Position numbers and translations under genes: made by a program
Notes under the pieces: model-generated
Database searches by the model: none
What the model was told of the DNA's origin: nothing
Seen by the model: only the letters and a program-made list of their open reading frames with translations
Source of the DNA: Takakia lepidozioides
Lineage: Eukaryota; Plantae; Bryophyta
Length of the DNA: 64,000 bases
Direction of reading: 5' to 3'
Assembly: GCA_030704615.1 (NCBI GenBank)
Contig: CM060731.1
Span: forward strand, 64,914,001-64,978,000
Shown: positions 1 through 14,022 of the stretch, one piece after another
Position numbering within the stretch: the stretch's first letter is position 1
How the letters are laid out: the number at the start of each line of letters is the position of its first letter

Positions 1-83
1 CTAAAAGTGATCCATTGTTCATCAGGTATAATAGGAATCCAAGATCCACAATGATTGCAGCCAGTGAATCAGCAACTACTTAC

Positions 84-3000
84 CTGGGCATATCATAAGG
101 CACAGACAACACACACGCCGCAAGCCCCAGCACATGTCCATGAATGGCTGCAATGTTCAATGCAGATCTGCTTGTTGCTTTTGTTCTGCAACCCACCCTT
201 TGGATCAGCATGCACTCCACATGCATACTCCTAACAGTAGAAGGGATGTGCAGGGCCAAGTAGAGCAAACCTGCTTTTAGTATTACGGGGAGCCTGAATA
301 GAGAGTGCAGCAGCCAATGCCTGCTTGCGAAATGCCTCAGCCAAGTCACTATCAATTCCCTTCATCATACCAGCCAGTGTCTTTGCTGCTAACTCCCTTA
401 CCTGCACCACATCACAGGTTATTCTTGGGCAAACTCGTGAGTATGTGATGTGAAAAGGCCACAGAAACAGTGACATTGTGGCCGTTGATAAGCATAGACT
501 ACTACATTACCTCAAGTTGAGGATCAGACAGAAGCTCTTGCACTTGACTCCACAATGACACCATCACTTTGCCCACCAGGATGAAAGTATGCCTGCATAA
601 ATAAGTCAAAACCACCAGAACTTAATAACCTTGATTTACCTTTTGCCCTTTTGGAGCTAACACAGCCAAAAAAAATTTACTCTACAGTCTGTTCGAGCCT
701 TTCAGATACCATGAGAGATTTGAGGGGGATGTGGTCCTTTGCACAAGTGTGATAATGGTTATACTCTCAAACCTATGTCAAAAATCAAGAAATTCCCAAG
801 CGTGCCACAAAACAACAGGTTGCCGCACCTGTACACCAGAGATTGTAGGAAGGTCAAGGCTGCAACCCGTGTGTGCCAGTTAGCATCAGATGCAGCAGCA
901 AGCACTGCAGCAACAGCTGCACCCACTTGCTCACTCTCAAAAGGTGCAGCTGAGCTTAGAAGCTGCAAAGCTCCTTTCGCTAAGGCTGCCAGCTCCTTGT
1001 CTGACGTGTCCTGTTCTCTCCAAAACATAACCCTTATGTCACACCACCACCTCTTTGAACAACCTGCAAAGGCAAGACTTCTGCAGAGCTGTCTGTTGCC
1101 ACACTGAAGCAGCTGCATATCTAAATAACCAGCAGATAACATTAATACTACGGTATCCAGTCCATGAAAAAGATAATTTGGATGTTGACCACTGCCACTG
1201 AGCTGCAAGTGAAGCACTCAACATAAAACTCACACTGACTTTCTGCAGCAGAGCCCAAAACGTCATTCCAACACACCCTGCAGGCTAATTGCCAACCTAG
1301 TCAAATGATATGAAGGACTCACCTGCACAGAGAGGATAGGATGAAGAAGCCCCACAACCACTCTGTTGAGAGGCACTGCCCTGCCAGACTTGACACTTGC
1401 AATCAAAAAGTGGAGTGCCTGATTCATGCAACCAAACCACACAGACCAGTAGTTGGAATTCCATACCCACAGGGACAAGAAGAGGCACATCAATAGAAGA
1501 AACCCATTTCTGGTCATTACCGTCTCCATCCATTTGGAAGCAGCTTCAATCTCTATTTCATCCACATCACTGCCACCCAAAGCAGCCAGTGCTGTATCCC
1601 CCAGTGTTGCGCCAGTCTTTGTTTGGATCTTAGCTGCAGAGGTCGTCGCACCATCCACCATCTCAGCGCACCATCTTCTCACAATTTCCTCCACAGAGAC
1701 TCCACTTTCCTCCACAGCCATGTCTGCACTGTCGCCTTGTTCATGCAAGGTTACACTCAGGGTAAGGTTTGCACCCACTACGCACATCAGTTTGCCCACT
1801 CCTTCACGTACCTGCTTTCCATATCACAAACAATATAGACCAACTGAGAAAAAAATTACAAGAACGAGGAGAACAGAATGTTTAATCTATCCAACACTGT
1901 TATTCAGTGCTGTAAAAAGACACAGGAAGGTCCCATTCACCCCTCCACCCATGTCAAGTCTTCTGAACTCAAGTACAAGATGCTTGTGAGCCCAGACTAT
2001 GCAGTTTTCAACAGAAGAATTTAAAATGTGAGAAACACTGCAGGTACTAAGTGCAAAGAAATGGGCTGTCTTGCAACATACCTGGGAGGCAGGATGAGTC
2101 ATGCAGGTCATCAGTTCAGATAACAAGGACGCCTGGTAGAGGTTGTCACTGTTTGACCTAGAGGCAGGCAACACTTCCACAATTGCCGCCCGAAGGAACA
2201 TCAAACGTTTGCTGACCAAGCTGGTAGATGCAGAGGCAGGTGCCAATGGCTCGGCAAGGCTTTCTAGGATATGGGAACGTAACACAGGAGCCCTGCACCC
2301 AGTATGACCCTTTCCAGTTACAGAAAAACGGAGACATGCAGCCCATTCTGGTGCCGATTCCACTGTTGAATGCAGCAGAGCCCTGTGTAGCAACGGTCGT
2401 AACCATACCTTCCACGCATCCACCACACAAACTACATCTGAATGCAGCAAACCAGCCATCACCTCTGCAGCAACACACTGCTTGCCGCGATCTTCACCTG
2501 CACTCACTGCCTCCTCTACAGGTCCATGCAGTGCATCTAGCACAATCTCTCTGCCATCTTGCACAAGACGTTGGAAGAGTTTAGCAAAGCTTGATGAAAA
2601 TGCCACTCCGTTCATGGAGCTATCCCAAGTCTGAGTGTGGGGCCAGTCACGAAGGAAGGATGGGAGCAAAGCTGTGAGACCTAATTCTGGCATTGTCCGC
2701 AATCCACCTCCTCTAGCACCCCTCCCTTGCCCTTCCGCATAAAGATGATCAAATCCCAGATTTTCAATTATCTGGTCACCAAACCCCGCTTCATCGAAGG
2801 TGGTAGTTACAACGTTGTCCACACATGGAGCACCTGATTCCTCCTTTTGCAAGGTGTCACAGGTCAACCGATCTGAAGTCATCTTATCTCGAGCTGGTTG
2901 CAGAAGCAGCAGTAATGCTGCCACTGACAGTGGCCGCAGTGGTGGGAGTTTGCTTTTGAGGTTGGTCAGGAACTGTCCTGCATCCACACAAGTGCATCTC

Positions 3001-6000
3001 GTGCCTTGATTCTTCCTGCTGAGATGGCACACTCTAACCCTTGTTGAAAAGGTCATCTCTCTACAGGAAATGAGCATTAAATGATGTGCTGCAGAGGAAG
3101 TAAACGTACAGCTAATCTTATAAGAAGAGGACACTCAAACTCGGACAGCTGTAATTCATTCCTAGATATCTGCTACTGACCAGTAATGAGTTGTCTAGCC
3201 AACAAAAAGGCTTCAGAGGTGGCAGAGTTTGCATCAGCGGCAGGAGGCGAAACCAACAAGAGCAGCATCCCTTGTGCCATTAAATTGTACCTGTCATGCC
3301 CTTTCCGTTAATTTCAATAAATCTTTGAGCTATTATCCCTGAGGAGGACGCAGGAAGAATGTGGCATGCAGATGGAAGACAACGTAAATAAGACTAACAC
3401 TGCCGCACAGGCATCCCGACGTCTAATGCATAACAAACTGTGCCCGCACTACCTACCGCCAATGAATATTTGCAGCACCATCAGCGACATGATCTTTGAT
3501 ATGTGAGAGCAATCCAGTATATGTCAATGTCTTTGTTGTGTCTCCTACATTCGACAGCGAACTTATGGGAAGTCCTCCATATCGCACATTGAAAACGATA
3601 AAAAGCTGCAAAACGCTTCATGGAAAATTATCGGTAAATTATCCAGCCAGAAACAGACAGAGAGACACATATCTTTCCCTTTGTATTGAAACCCAATCTC
3701 GTTGGGAAGACTGCTGGAGCGCAGGTAGGAATAGGATACCCCCAGTAGCTCACAAATCAGGAAGAAAATCCAACACATCATGCAGCACAACCCTCAACTA
3801 CAAAGTGAAACCAACCTCGTTGATAGCAGTCTGAGCTTTGACAGAATCGTGATGAGAACTGTGGTCAATTAACAGAAACAGATAGTCATTAGAAGGCACT
3901 TCATCTACTGCAGCATACATGTTCTTGGTCTTCCGAATTCCCTTTTACTCCCAAGTAACAGCTACAGACAAGGGTGATTGGCAAGGAATGGAGCAAAGAA
4001 AGGGTACCTTTTGAGCAAAGCCACTAAGAAAGACGAAAAAGCACTCCAATCCTGCACCCACCAATATCCTTGCATAACAAGACTTGGCACCAAACAAAGC
4101 TGCACAGGCTTTGTGTGGCAGATACAAAGCTAACTAAAAACCACTTCTGTAACATGAGGTACTACACCATCTTGAGCCATTGAGAACAAGCTGATTCCAC
4201 ACAGCCTTACCCTGAGGCCTAAACTCCCAGGACTACCCAACCAAGCCTTGGTTTGACTATGACTTGGGTCCAGTATCAAACATGCATGGAAGCAGTGTCA
4301 GATTCACCTCCCTCCCTCATCTGCATGTCCTGTTTGTCCCATGTTTTGGGCGACCTTATAACTCATTGATCTGGTCATACAGACCCAATGAAACAAAAAC
4401 AAGCTCCTACCCTCTTTCAATGTAGGCAGACAACCTCTTAATACTTCAACCAAATCTGCTCAACACGATCGTGCAAGTGTTCATGCCACTGAAGTAATGC
4501 AATGATAATGTTATCAAAGGGCCCTATTAAGGCATCATTTTGGCAGCGATGCATACATCTTAGCCACTTAGTCTTCTTCTCTGGTGACATATGAAACTGT
4601 GTCCACAACAGAAGCCTGTGCAGATGCAAACCTATGTAACAAAAGCACAGAATTTCGTGGACAAAAGAATGTGAGCCAGCACCTGCATGAGGTGACGCAG
4701 AACAGGTTGAGACATGAGGACTCGACAAGCACCCAACGCAGAATCTTCTATAGCTTCAGGATCTTGCAAACTCGCAGTCAACAGTGGCATACAGCCACTC
4801 ACGAGTGAGGGAAAACGTTTTAACGTCTTTCCAAGTATATTCCCTGCAAGTCTGCATAAGCAGAACCCTATCCTTAGTTATATGAAAATAGTCAACTGAT
4901 TTTGAGCCAAATTCTAAGTCTGCTGAAGTTGATACGCACCAACAGAGACTGAGGATGAGAGAGGGATAAAGGCCAACTGCAGAGCTCTACCCCTACCACA
5001 TGTCAAAGCAGCTAGCTGAGAGATGTGATCCCAAGGAGAGAGGCAGGGATGTCGTAAGAATGAAAGAAACTTCATGATGTCTGCAGGGCGACCTGAACCC
5101 ACATAGGATAGGGTAGAACAACAGGAAATCCACAACAAACATCGGTCAAAGAGGAAAAACCAAGACCAAATAAATCATTACAATAGCACGAGGCCAAAGG
5201 CCCAATGGACTCAAGGAGAGAGAGAGAAGAGTTCATGACGACTTACAATCGGACTGCATCATAACGATGCAAAGACAATGCTAGGAGGTCCATTGACAAT
5301 AAAGCTACATGTGACGGAGCCAAAAAACCATCAATATGTTGATGAAAACAGCGGTAACCATTCTGTGAAGCTCGGAGGGCATGATGCATATAAACCATTT
5401 CCACCACCAACCACCATGGCCTGCATGACCCACAGCCACACCAGTCCTATGTCAGTATCAGTTATTTATATACTACAATGTTGACCATTCCTTGTGCGTA
5501 TCTTTTTACACCGGAAATCCTCATTCCCATCAACAATAGACAAAAATTCTCAATGCTGATTTGTTTTCAAATGAGTAGATGCTTGACATGGTGCAACATT
5601 TAAAGGGTAGAACTGTTGCACAATGGCTATCCTTGATAAACCACCACCTACCTGCATTTCCCTTTTCCATCGGAGTTGGTAATGAAGTTTGTTTTGGGTT
5701 CTGTGAGGCTCTTGGATTCGGACCGCCACAGATGGCGTCCGTGTATCCAGTGACTGTATTCAATCCCCCCTGCAACATACCACAGTATCAATATACATTT
5801 GGCTACTTGTTACACTTGTCCTGCCCCTATCATCCATCTGCAAGTACCTGATGCATGGTGGGTTGGGCAAGGAATCCTACTTACCATAGTTTGTTAGTAG
5901 ATCCACGATCCGGACCAGCATCATAAGAAGCACAGTATCATCAGCTCTTTCCTTCAACAGAAATCTGCATCAGGAATCAACAGACAGGGTTAGAAGCACC

Positions 6001-9000
6001 CACCATAATACCTGCAGTTGATTTCAAACAGCAAGAAGCAGGTTGCTATTAGAACAAGTACGTATTCAAGGAGGAGGTTCCCAGAATTTACTGGCAAGCT
6101 AGATGTAATGTGTCTGCCGCCTCTTCTTTCAATGCTGTGCTGGCAACAAAAGCACCAGCTGCACCTGCCACTAGAATAAGTCCACTGTGGTCTTCAGATA
6201 CAGCTTGGAAATCTGGTAAGCATGATCGCACCCCACGAAGCGATGCATCCACCCGAAGTAGCAGCACCCGCAAGTGCTCCTTTACCTTTCCTGTGTCAGC
6301 CTGATTCTTGTCCTGACAAATGCTGCGGAGATCAGCAAGTGAGCACTGAAGATGCAGGCTGAGTAGACTATTTGCAAAGGCGATCTCATCAGTACTGGGA
6401 TGGTGCCATATAAGGCTCTCAAGTACTGTGTCTTTGGTACTTAACCACACCTCAGTTCCATCCACACCAGCGTGCACCCTGCAACCACCCACACACATTT
6501 GATCGTCACCTTGGCATGGCAATTCCATGAACTTCCCAGACAACTCCCAAAACATGCGTCATGCTAAACCTTCTGCCAACAAGCACTAAAAATTCGCTGT
6601 TGTGTGTACCAGGTGGTCACCGCTAAGAGGCCAGACAACACTTTCCATAGATGAGCATAGGAAGAGAACTAACAGAAGTTCTAACTAACAGTGGAAGTAT
6701 GGGTGGTGTGTAATGTACAATACTGCAAGATAAACACCATCGTGCATGAGCAGTTGCAGGTACACAGCTGAAACAACAAAAGCAGAAAGGTGAATAGAAT
6801 CAGGAGAAGGGGAAGTAGGGAGGAGTTACATACTTGTATTGATCCAATGGGTAATACAAAACCAAACTTCCAAGCAATCCACTCAACACCCTACTTCCAG
6901 CCTCATTCACCTGTCAACAATACACAAGGACAGCCAGTCTCTCCAGTCAGCATTCACTCTTGAGGCCCAACCTCAAATAGCCGAATCTGTCAATCAATCT
7001 AGTCTTCTAGTCTTGTACCCGAACACATGTCACCACAACAACTCTTCTGTCTGCTCATGTAGAAGACATGGACTTCCAATGAAACCTACTACAAACGCAG
7101 ACTGGTAACAGTTGTGTTTAACCTTAGAGGATGGGGCATCAAAGGCAGTTGCAATGACGTTGGTGAAGAGCTTTTCATAACAAAGAAGAGCAGATCCACC
7201 AAACATGACAGCGATTGCTAGCACATTGAGTTGGTACATTGCTGAAACCTCCAACCCTTGTGGTAGCCCCACCTGTACAAGGCCACTCCTGCTTCATAAA
7301 CTTGCGACAAACAATCACGATTACGTCACAACAAAGTAAAGAACACAAAAATCCAACCGGCCATTCATCATGAGAGTCTACCTTGAACTCAGCTGACGAC
7401 GCCCAGACCCCATTCCCACTGAACCCTGTAGATTGCGTGTCAGCAAGACAGGAAAGGATGGAGCTCATCAGAGGCTCCAGCAGCTGTGGGACAGCATATG
7501 CAGGACAAGCATACACGACTGCTGAGCACAACAAGCCGACCTCTGCCACTGCTCCAGGCAGCACCTCCCCTTGCAGAAATTTCGCAACCCTGCGAACTGC
7601 CTGCAACCCTCTTCCCAAATTACTCTTCCTCTACACGCCAGTGACCTTCTGAACAGCAGATTTTCCAGGTTAGGCAGCAAATATCCCTTAAAGTTTCTTA
7701 TATGTAAAGGTCATGTTTTTCTCAAGCACAGAGTGTACCTGCTGGTAAAGTGGCCTGGTCAATCTTGCAAACAAAAGCTCAAGGACATGATGATAGAAGG
7801 ATTCGCCTTGCATTAAGAATGTTTTTGAAGACGGAAGAGATCCATCACCCGACCCAACCTCCCCTCTGCATTCCAGTGTCCAGGCATCCCCACTTGCAAT
7901 ATCAGATTCTACGTCAATCCAAAATATAAAGCATGGAGGCCAAAGTGGACATCCTTCACAAAATGCCCATGCTATCAACTGTAACCCCACAACAAGAACA
8001 TGTACTGGAAGTCAAATGCAATTGCCCATTCAGACAACGATAACAGAAGAGAAGGAGGACAAGTATCACATCTGCAAATACGGAAGCTATATCAAACATG
8101 TTTCTAACCAACCAACTTACGAGGGACTGCTTGGCTCCAAATGCACAAGAAGAGTAAAAAGCCGAGAAAGAAAATCATCCAGCCACTGCGACCAATCCAT
8201 AGGCAGGGCAACTGAGCCTCCATCGGATTGATCTCCTAGTATACCCACCTGCCAAATTGTAAGACTGATGAGCTTTTACTAATTACAATACAAGAAGTTT
8301 CTAACCCAAACAAACAATACCAAATGTACTCAGCTTTCATGATTGTTGGAGGCAGCTGTGCAGCATAATGAAAATTAAAAGAAATAACCGAAGGATAGGG
8401 ATGCCAGTAGCCTTACACTCGAAAAGACAGAACAGTAAAACTGCAGGGTGGCCAAGGTTTTGGGTGGGTCATTGGCATCCATCCCCAGCAATGTGCTGAA
8501 CATTGCCACCACAAGTGTGTCCTTCAAAGAAACAACTGGCAGGGACTCCATTTCAGATTGTTGCAGAATATCTTGCCTTGCAGACACCAGAATGATGGGA
8601 CGAGCTACCAGTGCCAGACTTGTGACTGCCGTTTGCAGTTGATGTGTTGCTGTTATCTGCTAAGTCACCAAACCCTTCTGCTTTACTTTCCAAAAACCAT
8701 ATAGAATATGTGCACAGAGGTCCTGCTCACAGACCTAAAACATCAACTGAGGTTATTCTAGCAGCTGACTGGACAGAAAAACAGAATGGTTACTCCAAGA
8801 AAATCACTCACGGTGTCCATGGCAGTGTGAAAGCGGGAAACAAGGAGAGGCAGAACCAACAAGGGCTCCACAAAGGCCAAGCCAGCAGCAGCATGGGCTG
8901 CAGTGGAAGCCAGAGACCCATTCTTGCTGTATTGCCCCCTCTCAATCAGTCGCACCATCCCCTTCACAAAGGCTGCTCTCTCCTCACTTCCCAACTGCTC

Positions 9001-12000
9001 TGATCCTCCTTCATGCCTTCACATAACCACACACGTGTGAACGATTAAAACCACTGTCCCACCAGTCAGTCCGTAACATAGGTATGTCAGAAGACCCCCA
9101 AAGAGTAATAAGGGAAGATCCCTACCGCTGTGCAGCAAGGCGCTTCAGGAAATAATGGACAAGGTATCGGAGAAATTGTTCAAGAGAAGATGTCCATGAG
9201 CCACCATTAGACGGATGGAAGTACCTGCAGCACAATTGCTCCTGTTAATGACTCTCTTATGACACCAGCGTAAGTCCAATCATGCAGTATACACAAGTCA
9301 CAAGTCAGGGAATGTGTCTTAAGAGTGGTATTGACACAATTCTACTAATAGCAGTGAAGAAACGCAACTGTTCAAGGAGATCGATCAAAATATCGAGATG
9401 TTTTTGTGCCGGACCACTTTGGCTGAGCAGAAACACCTACAGACATGCCAACATTAGTTTGGAGGGACCGCTTTTTCATGAGAACTTGGACATGCCAAAG
9501 GAGTAATAATCACACAGTCCAGTACCACAACCTGGAGACACTCGGCTCAAACTGGTTGCATCCATAAATGATCTCACGATATCGTTACCACATCCTAACC
9601 TTGTAGAATTCAGGAGTAACTGCAGCATGATAAGTTCAATGTGAAGCATCTTACAATCGATTTAGCATTGAATTTGGAGGTAGGAAATGACCAGCCGGAA
9701 CTGAATGCCAGCATAACCTCCCTTGGAACATTCCTCTGGACTGGAGATGATGCACTGGCACGACCCACAGGTACCTATTGGTGTTGCCACCGGTGAGTAA
9801 GTTAAAAAGGAACAAACTTGCATATGAAGCCTCCTGTTGAAAATGCTCAGACAAACAGGTAGATAAGCTAATAATGACATGTGTTAACAAAAAGATGCAA
9901 CTAACACCTTCAAATATCTTTCATTAACAGCTTTCCCTCTTCTGGTAGTTTGCACCATCTATTCATGAGGCACAAGTTGGTGGACAGTCGACTCTCCTCT
10001 CTCCCTATCTCTCTATCTCTCTCTCCATCAAATAATAGCATATGGAAACCTTCCTTGCTGATAACATACCTCAAAGGATCTAAGATATTGTGTGAAAAGA
10101 ATGGGCAGGACGGGCTCCCAATCTTGCACTGAGCAAGCATTATGCTTGATAAACCGGCTTAGAAGAGAAGCCCACTGATGGTTCCAGAAACGGCAGTTTG
10201 GTATTGCAACCCAAAAGCGTAAGCACTCCATCAACCAGTCTCTGCCACACCCAGTCACAATATACTCAGCTACACTGAAACCATCTAGTGACAAAGCATT
10301 CTGCAAATTGTCTATCAACATAACATTCAGCAAACAAATTTGGGAGCTCTGGACAAGCAATAACAGTTTCCCAACCTCAAAGTTCTGACATACCTTGTCA
10401 AAAGCTCCCTGTCCTCAACTGACTGTTTATGCAGCATACTTGGGAGAAACAGAGCAATAAAGCCAATAGCCTCCAAGGATGAATTGTGAGAAAGGTCTTC
10501 AAATGCCCGTCTGAATACCAGATTCAAAACTTGTGTGGGTTATTATATCACATGTAACATTGAGCATCACCTACCACTGGTGTATCGACCAGTAATGTAA
10601 AAACCTCCTCATCTTCGTTATGATTGATGCCAATGGCCTCATGTCTACGAACACACAACATTGCCAGCTGAGTGTCAAATCAGTCACTTCTCGGCTCTCC
10701 ATGGCAGACAATGGTCCAAAACTGCTCTAACCCTACTAGGAGCATACTGTTCGTCCTTTCATCTTTGAAACTCACTTCCAAACGCATAAACAATGATTCC
10801 CTTCCACAAGCCCCAGGGTTCTTCATTTAAATACGTCAAGAGCACATTCTGCACATTTCACAAAACTTTATGAACTCTACTGGAGAAAATTCACATGACT
10901 CTTCCATACTTAGGGTTGGCATTGGCTTATGTCTCTAGGATAAGTGACCTAAGCCTCAGAGTCTCCTACTGTGACACGGCAAACCTCACCTTCTACCAGA
11001 AGCTATTTTAGTCCCAAACACCTTAGACCAACCCAAAACCATATCCTACCTATGAGGGCTACAAGGAAAGGAAAGTGCATTAAACTGCAGGCTAAAAGTA
11101 CTAAAATATCCTTGCAGCCTGCTGATGTATCCAGGTAAATTATCATGGAAATCACAACCCGAGGTGTGTTGTCCCACCACTTCCTGGAAAACATTGTCAG
11201 AACTTGCTTACTACTACAGTCTGGAACAAAGTCACTGTTACACATTTAGATAACGTGTGCAAAATGGATAGAATGTTTGTTGAGGTGAAAGAGCCCAATT
11301 GACACATTCATTTAAAACATACTAGATAATGACACATCACATAAAGAATTGCCAGATGGCAACTGCGCAAATCAGAGAGAATAGAGCTGGGAGCATGAGA
11401 GGAAAATCTGATGGACACCTGAACTCCATCCATATCTCAACAGCCGCACCCGGAGGAAAGAATTGTCGACAGCTGCGGACAAGAGATGTCATTGTCTGTA
11501 GATGGATTTGCTTCAAAACCAATCCTTCATAGCCTTGGCGCCTGTAGATGACATGCAGCAATTAGTTGAGTGAAAAGAGCAGGCAAACTCAAGAATTAGT
11601 ATAAACATGTTTCACACATCATCATATATTTATCCCACAGATTTCAAAAGCAAATGTCCAGCAGAGCTGGTATGCCGGTCAGGATTGTAAACCAACTCCA
11701 GATTGCCACAACAGACCTGGCAGAGTTAGGCTGACCATCAACATTTCAATGGAATCAAACAGCAAGGATGTCAATCTTTCACCTCTTGAAATGTGCTTCG
11801 GCCAACAGCTTATATAATGGTCGCCAATCAACTGTTATGTTAAGTTTTTTGCCAAAAATTTTCAAAATCTTTGCCAAGGATTGTCCCCATCGAACCTGCC
11901 AGAAAACAGAAGACAGAGAGTTTAAAAGGCACAAATATGCAGATGCCAAACTCACCTTAAAATAAGGCCTACCATGCTCTGCTGCAACTGTTTACAGAAC

Positions 12001-13739
12001 CATAGTACTCTATATTGCAATGCTTCTTTGAAAATCTACAAAGAGCTGCCATGTGCTCAAAATACATAACTTTATTACAAGAGAAGGAAGCTAACCTGGA
12101 TGAAGAGATTATCTGGTGAGTGCAATAAGACATCAAAGGCTGTCTTCACTACATCCTCCAAATCTGCTATTGCAATTTGACTCTTCACCTTCAAGAACCT
12201 GCAGATGACAATATGGCAATGTCAAGGTAGACTGTACCATCCTTGACAGTGCAGTTAATCAGACACACAAACCATGCAGCCTTCAGTGATGGTGTCCAAG
12301 AAGTAAGCATCTGGAGGCTAAAGAAGTTCACATACGGTTCCAGCTGCAAGTGCACAAACTGTCAATTTAAGCATTGCAAGTAAGATAGAGCAGGAGTTCA
12401 GAAAGGATTATACTACCATGCTGGTGTGACAACTGCACCTTAATATCACAAGAAAGTCCCCAGTTTAATAATGACAAAAATTATTGCACAAGCAGAAATG
12501 CCACTGCTCCACAGATTGCGACTACAAACTCGTTCAGTAGATTATACATGTCCGAGGTGGATTCATAGAGTAAGAATCGTGTTTTCCTTAAGCCACAAAC
12601 AGCACGGTAAGTGGTGCAAAGTGCTACCTCATCCAGATAATGCCAAAGGATTTTGTTTGAACAACCTCCATAAATAGTGGAAAGGAAAGAACAATCCCAA
12701 GGCAGACCCATTATACTGGATGGGTGATCCGCACTCCCACACCCAAGTCAGGATTGTTGGAACAACCAAACCTTAGTCTTCCAAAAGGGAGGAGGATTAA
12801 AATATAAGCACACCCCCTCACTGTTTTCCAAAATTCTAGTAAGCAGGGTTCTTTTTTTAGATACGGCCTACTTTCTTCCCTCCCATTTGAAACGACCGTC
12901 GTACTGTTCTCTTCGTAATTGATCGTCACCCTATCTCATGGAGGGCTACACTATTTGTTGTGCTTATGACTGGGCATGACTATCTCTTCCATACTACACT
13001 GTCCATTGTGAACGGAGTTACCAATATACATAGATGTTAGAAGGGTATTTGCAATGAGCTTTAATCATAAAGCGGGCAAACTCTAGCTTCCAGCAGAATC
13101 ACATTCCATTCAAACATGCCCTCCAAAATGCAATTGAGAATGACCAGAGCATAGGGCTGCTTTAAGAATCACATAATTATCCCAAATTCGGCAAGAATCT
13201 CCAGAGTAATGACAGGTCGATCTCGTAAGGGATCGAGCACACGAGATCACGTGGTTGGGAAGATCACTTCACAGACACTGATGAACACATAAAAGTGCAA
13301 AAATGTAGGTATGGACATACATTACGACCTGCTGTGTCTGGAAGCCCCCAAGAGAAATCCAGGCACAATTGAAGTGAGGACAACAAATTGTGCCAAGCAA
13401 GATTCTATTCCGGGATCAACTGGACTGGAGAACTATCGTCGTCTTTTGGCTGAGAAAGCGGTTACCGAATCTTTGCAATGAACATTCCGAAATTCGTAGC
13501 AAGTGAGCCAACACTTGCGCTTCAGACACTTACGTGTTTAGAACAGATATCCACTTCAGCGTGGCAAATCTGGTATGAAGATTTTGGGGCTGCCAGGACG
13601 ATTTCAGCAGGCCCACAGCATCGTGAAACCTCTGTTTCTCTGATTTCGCCTCTTGTGCCACCGGGAGCCAACTATTGTACAAATGCTCCTGCAAATCCCC
13701 TCCTTGCTGCTCCACTTGCATGTCGGATTGTTTCCCCAT
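84..13739 (-). CDS. PA200: Proteasome activator subunit 4 (PA200/Blm10/PSME4), multi-exon; last exon(s) lie beyond the left edge
   Basis: ATG at 13739. Exon 1 HLYNSWLP...ATLKWISV matches the plant PA200 N-terminus. GT-AG exons traced in phase: 13534-13739, 12096-12198, 11783-11895, 11419-11541, 10394-10510, 10070-10241, 9655-9774, 9369-9436, then YFHPSNGG, LLGMDANDPPKTLATLQFY, WHHPS, SDANWHTRVAALTFLQ, VRELAAKTLAGMMKG, HGHVLGLAACVLSVPYDMP. The terminal C-terminal exon is not in the window. Confidence 0.95.
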
Positions 13740-14022
13740 CTTTCTCTCTGCTGCTAATTCCCCAACCCCAACCCTTTATATGTTAGCACCGCTTGCAAGC
13801 CAAACGTGCGATGCAAGCCATGGGATGCGGTCGCAATCCACCCGCTTCTTCTTGGCAAGCGCTCCACCTCTCCAAGTGTCTTCGATGGTGCCGGAAATCG
13901 TTGACGGTGAAGTGTATTGGTTCGTTCAATAGTGGACGTTACGTTGCAGGAGCGGGAAGCCCTAATGTAAGTTTGCTCTCGTCTCTCACAGCAGGGGGTG
14001 CCGAAGCGATCTGGTTGAAGCT

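Noticed and set aside
739-9506. Plus-strand ORFs over PA200, and similar antisense ORFs over PPR, pol and FKBP
   Set aside because: Shadow frames of genuine coding exons, with no independent motifs.
12705-12735. 5S rRNA-like TACTGGATGGGTGA
   Set aside because: Only about 14 nt of similarity, with no flanking 5S sequence.
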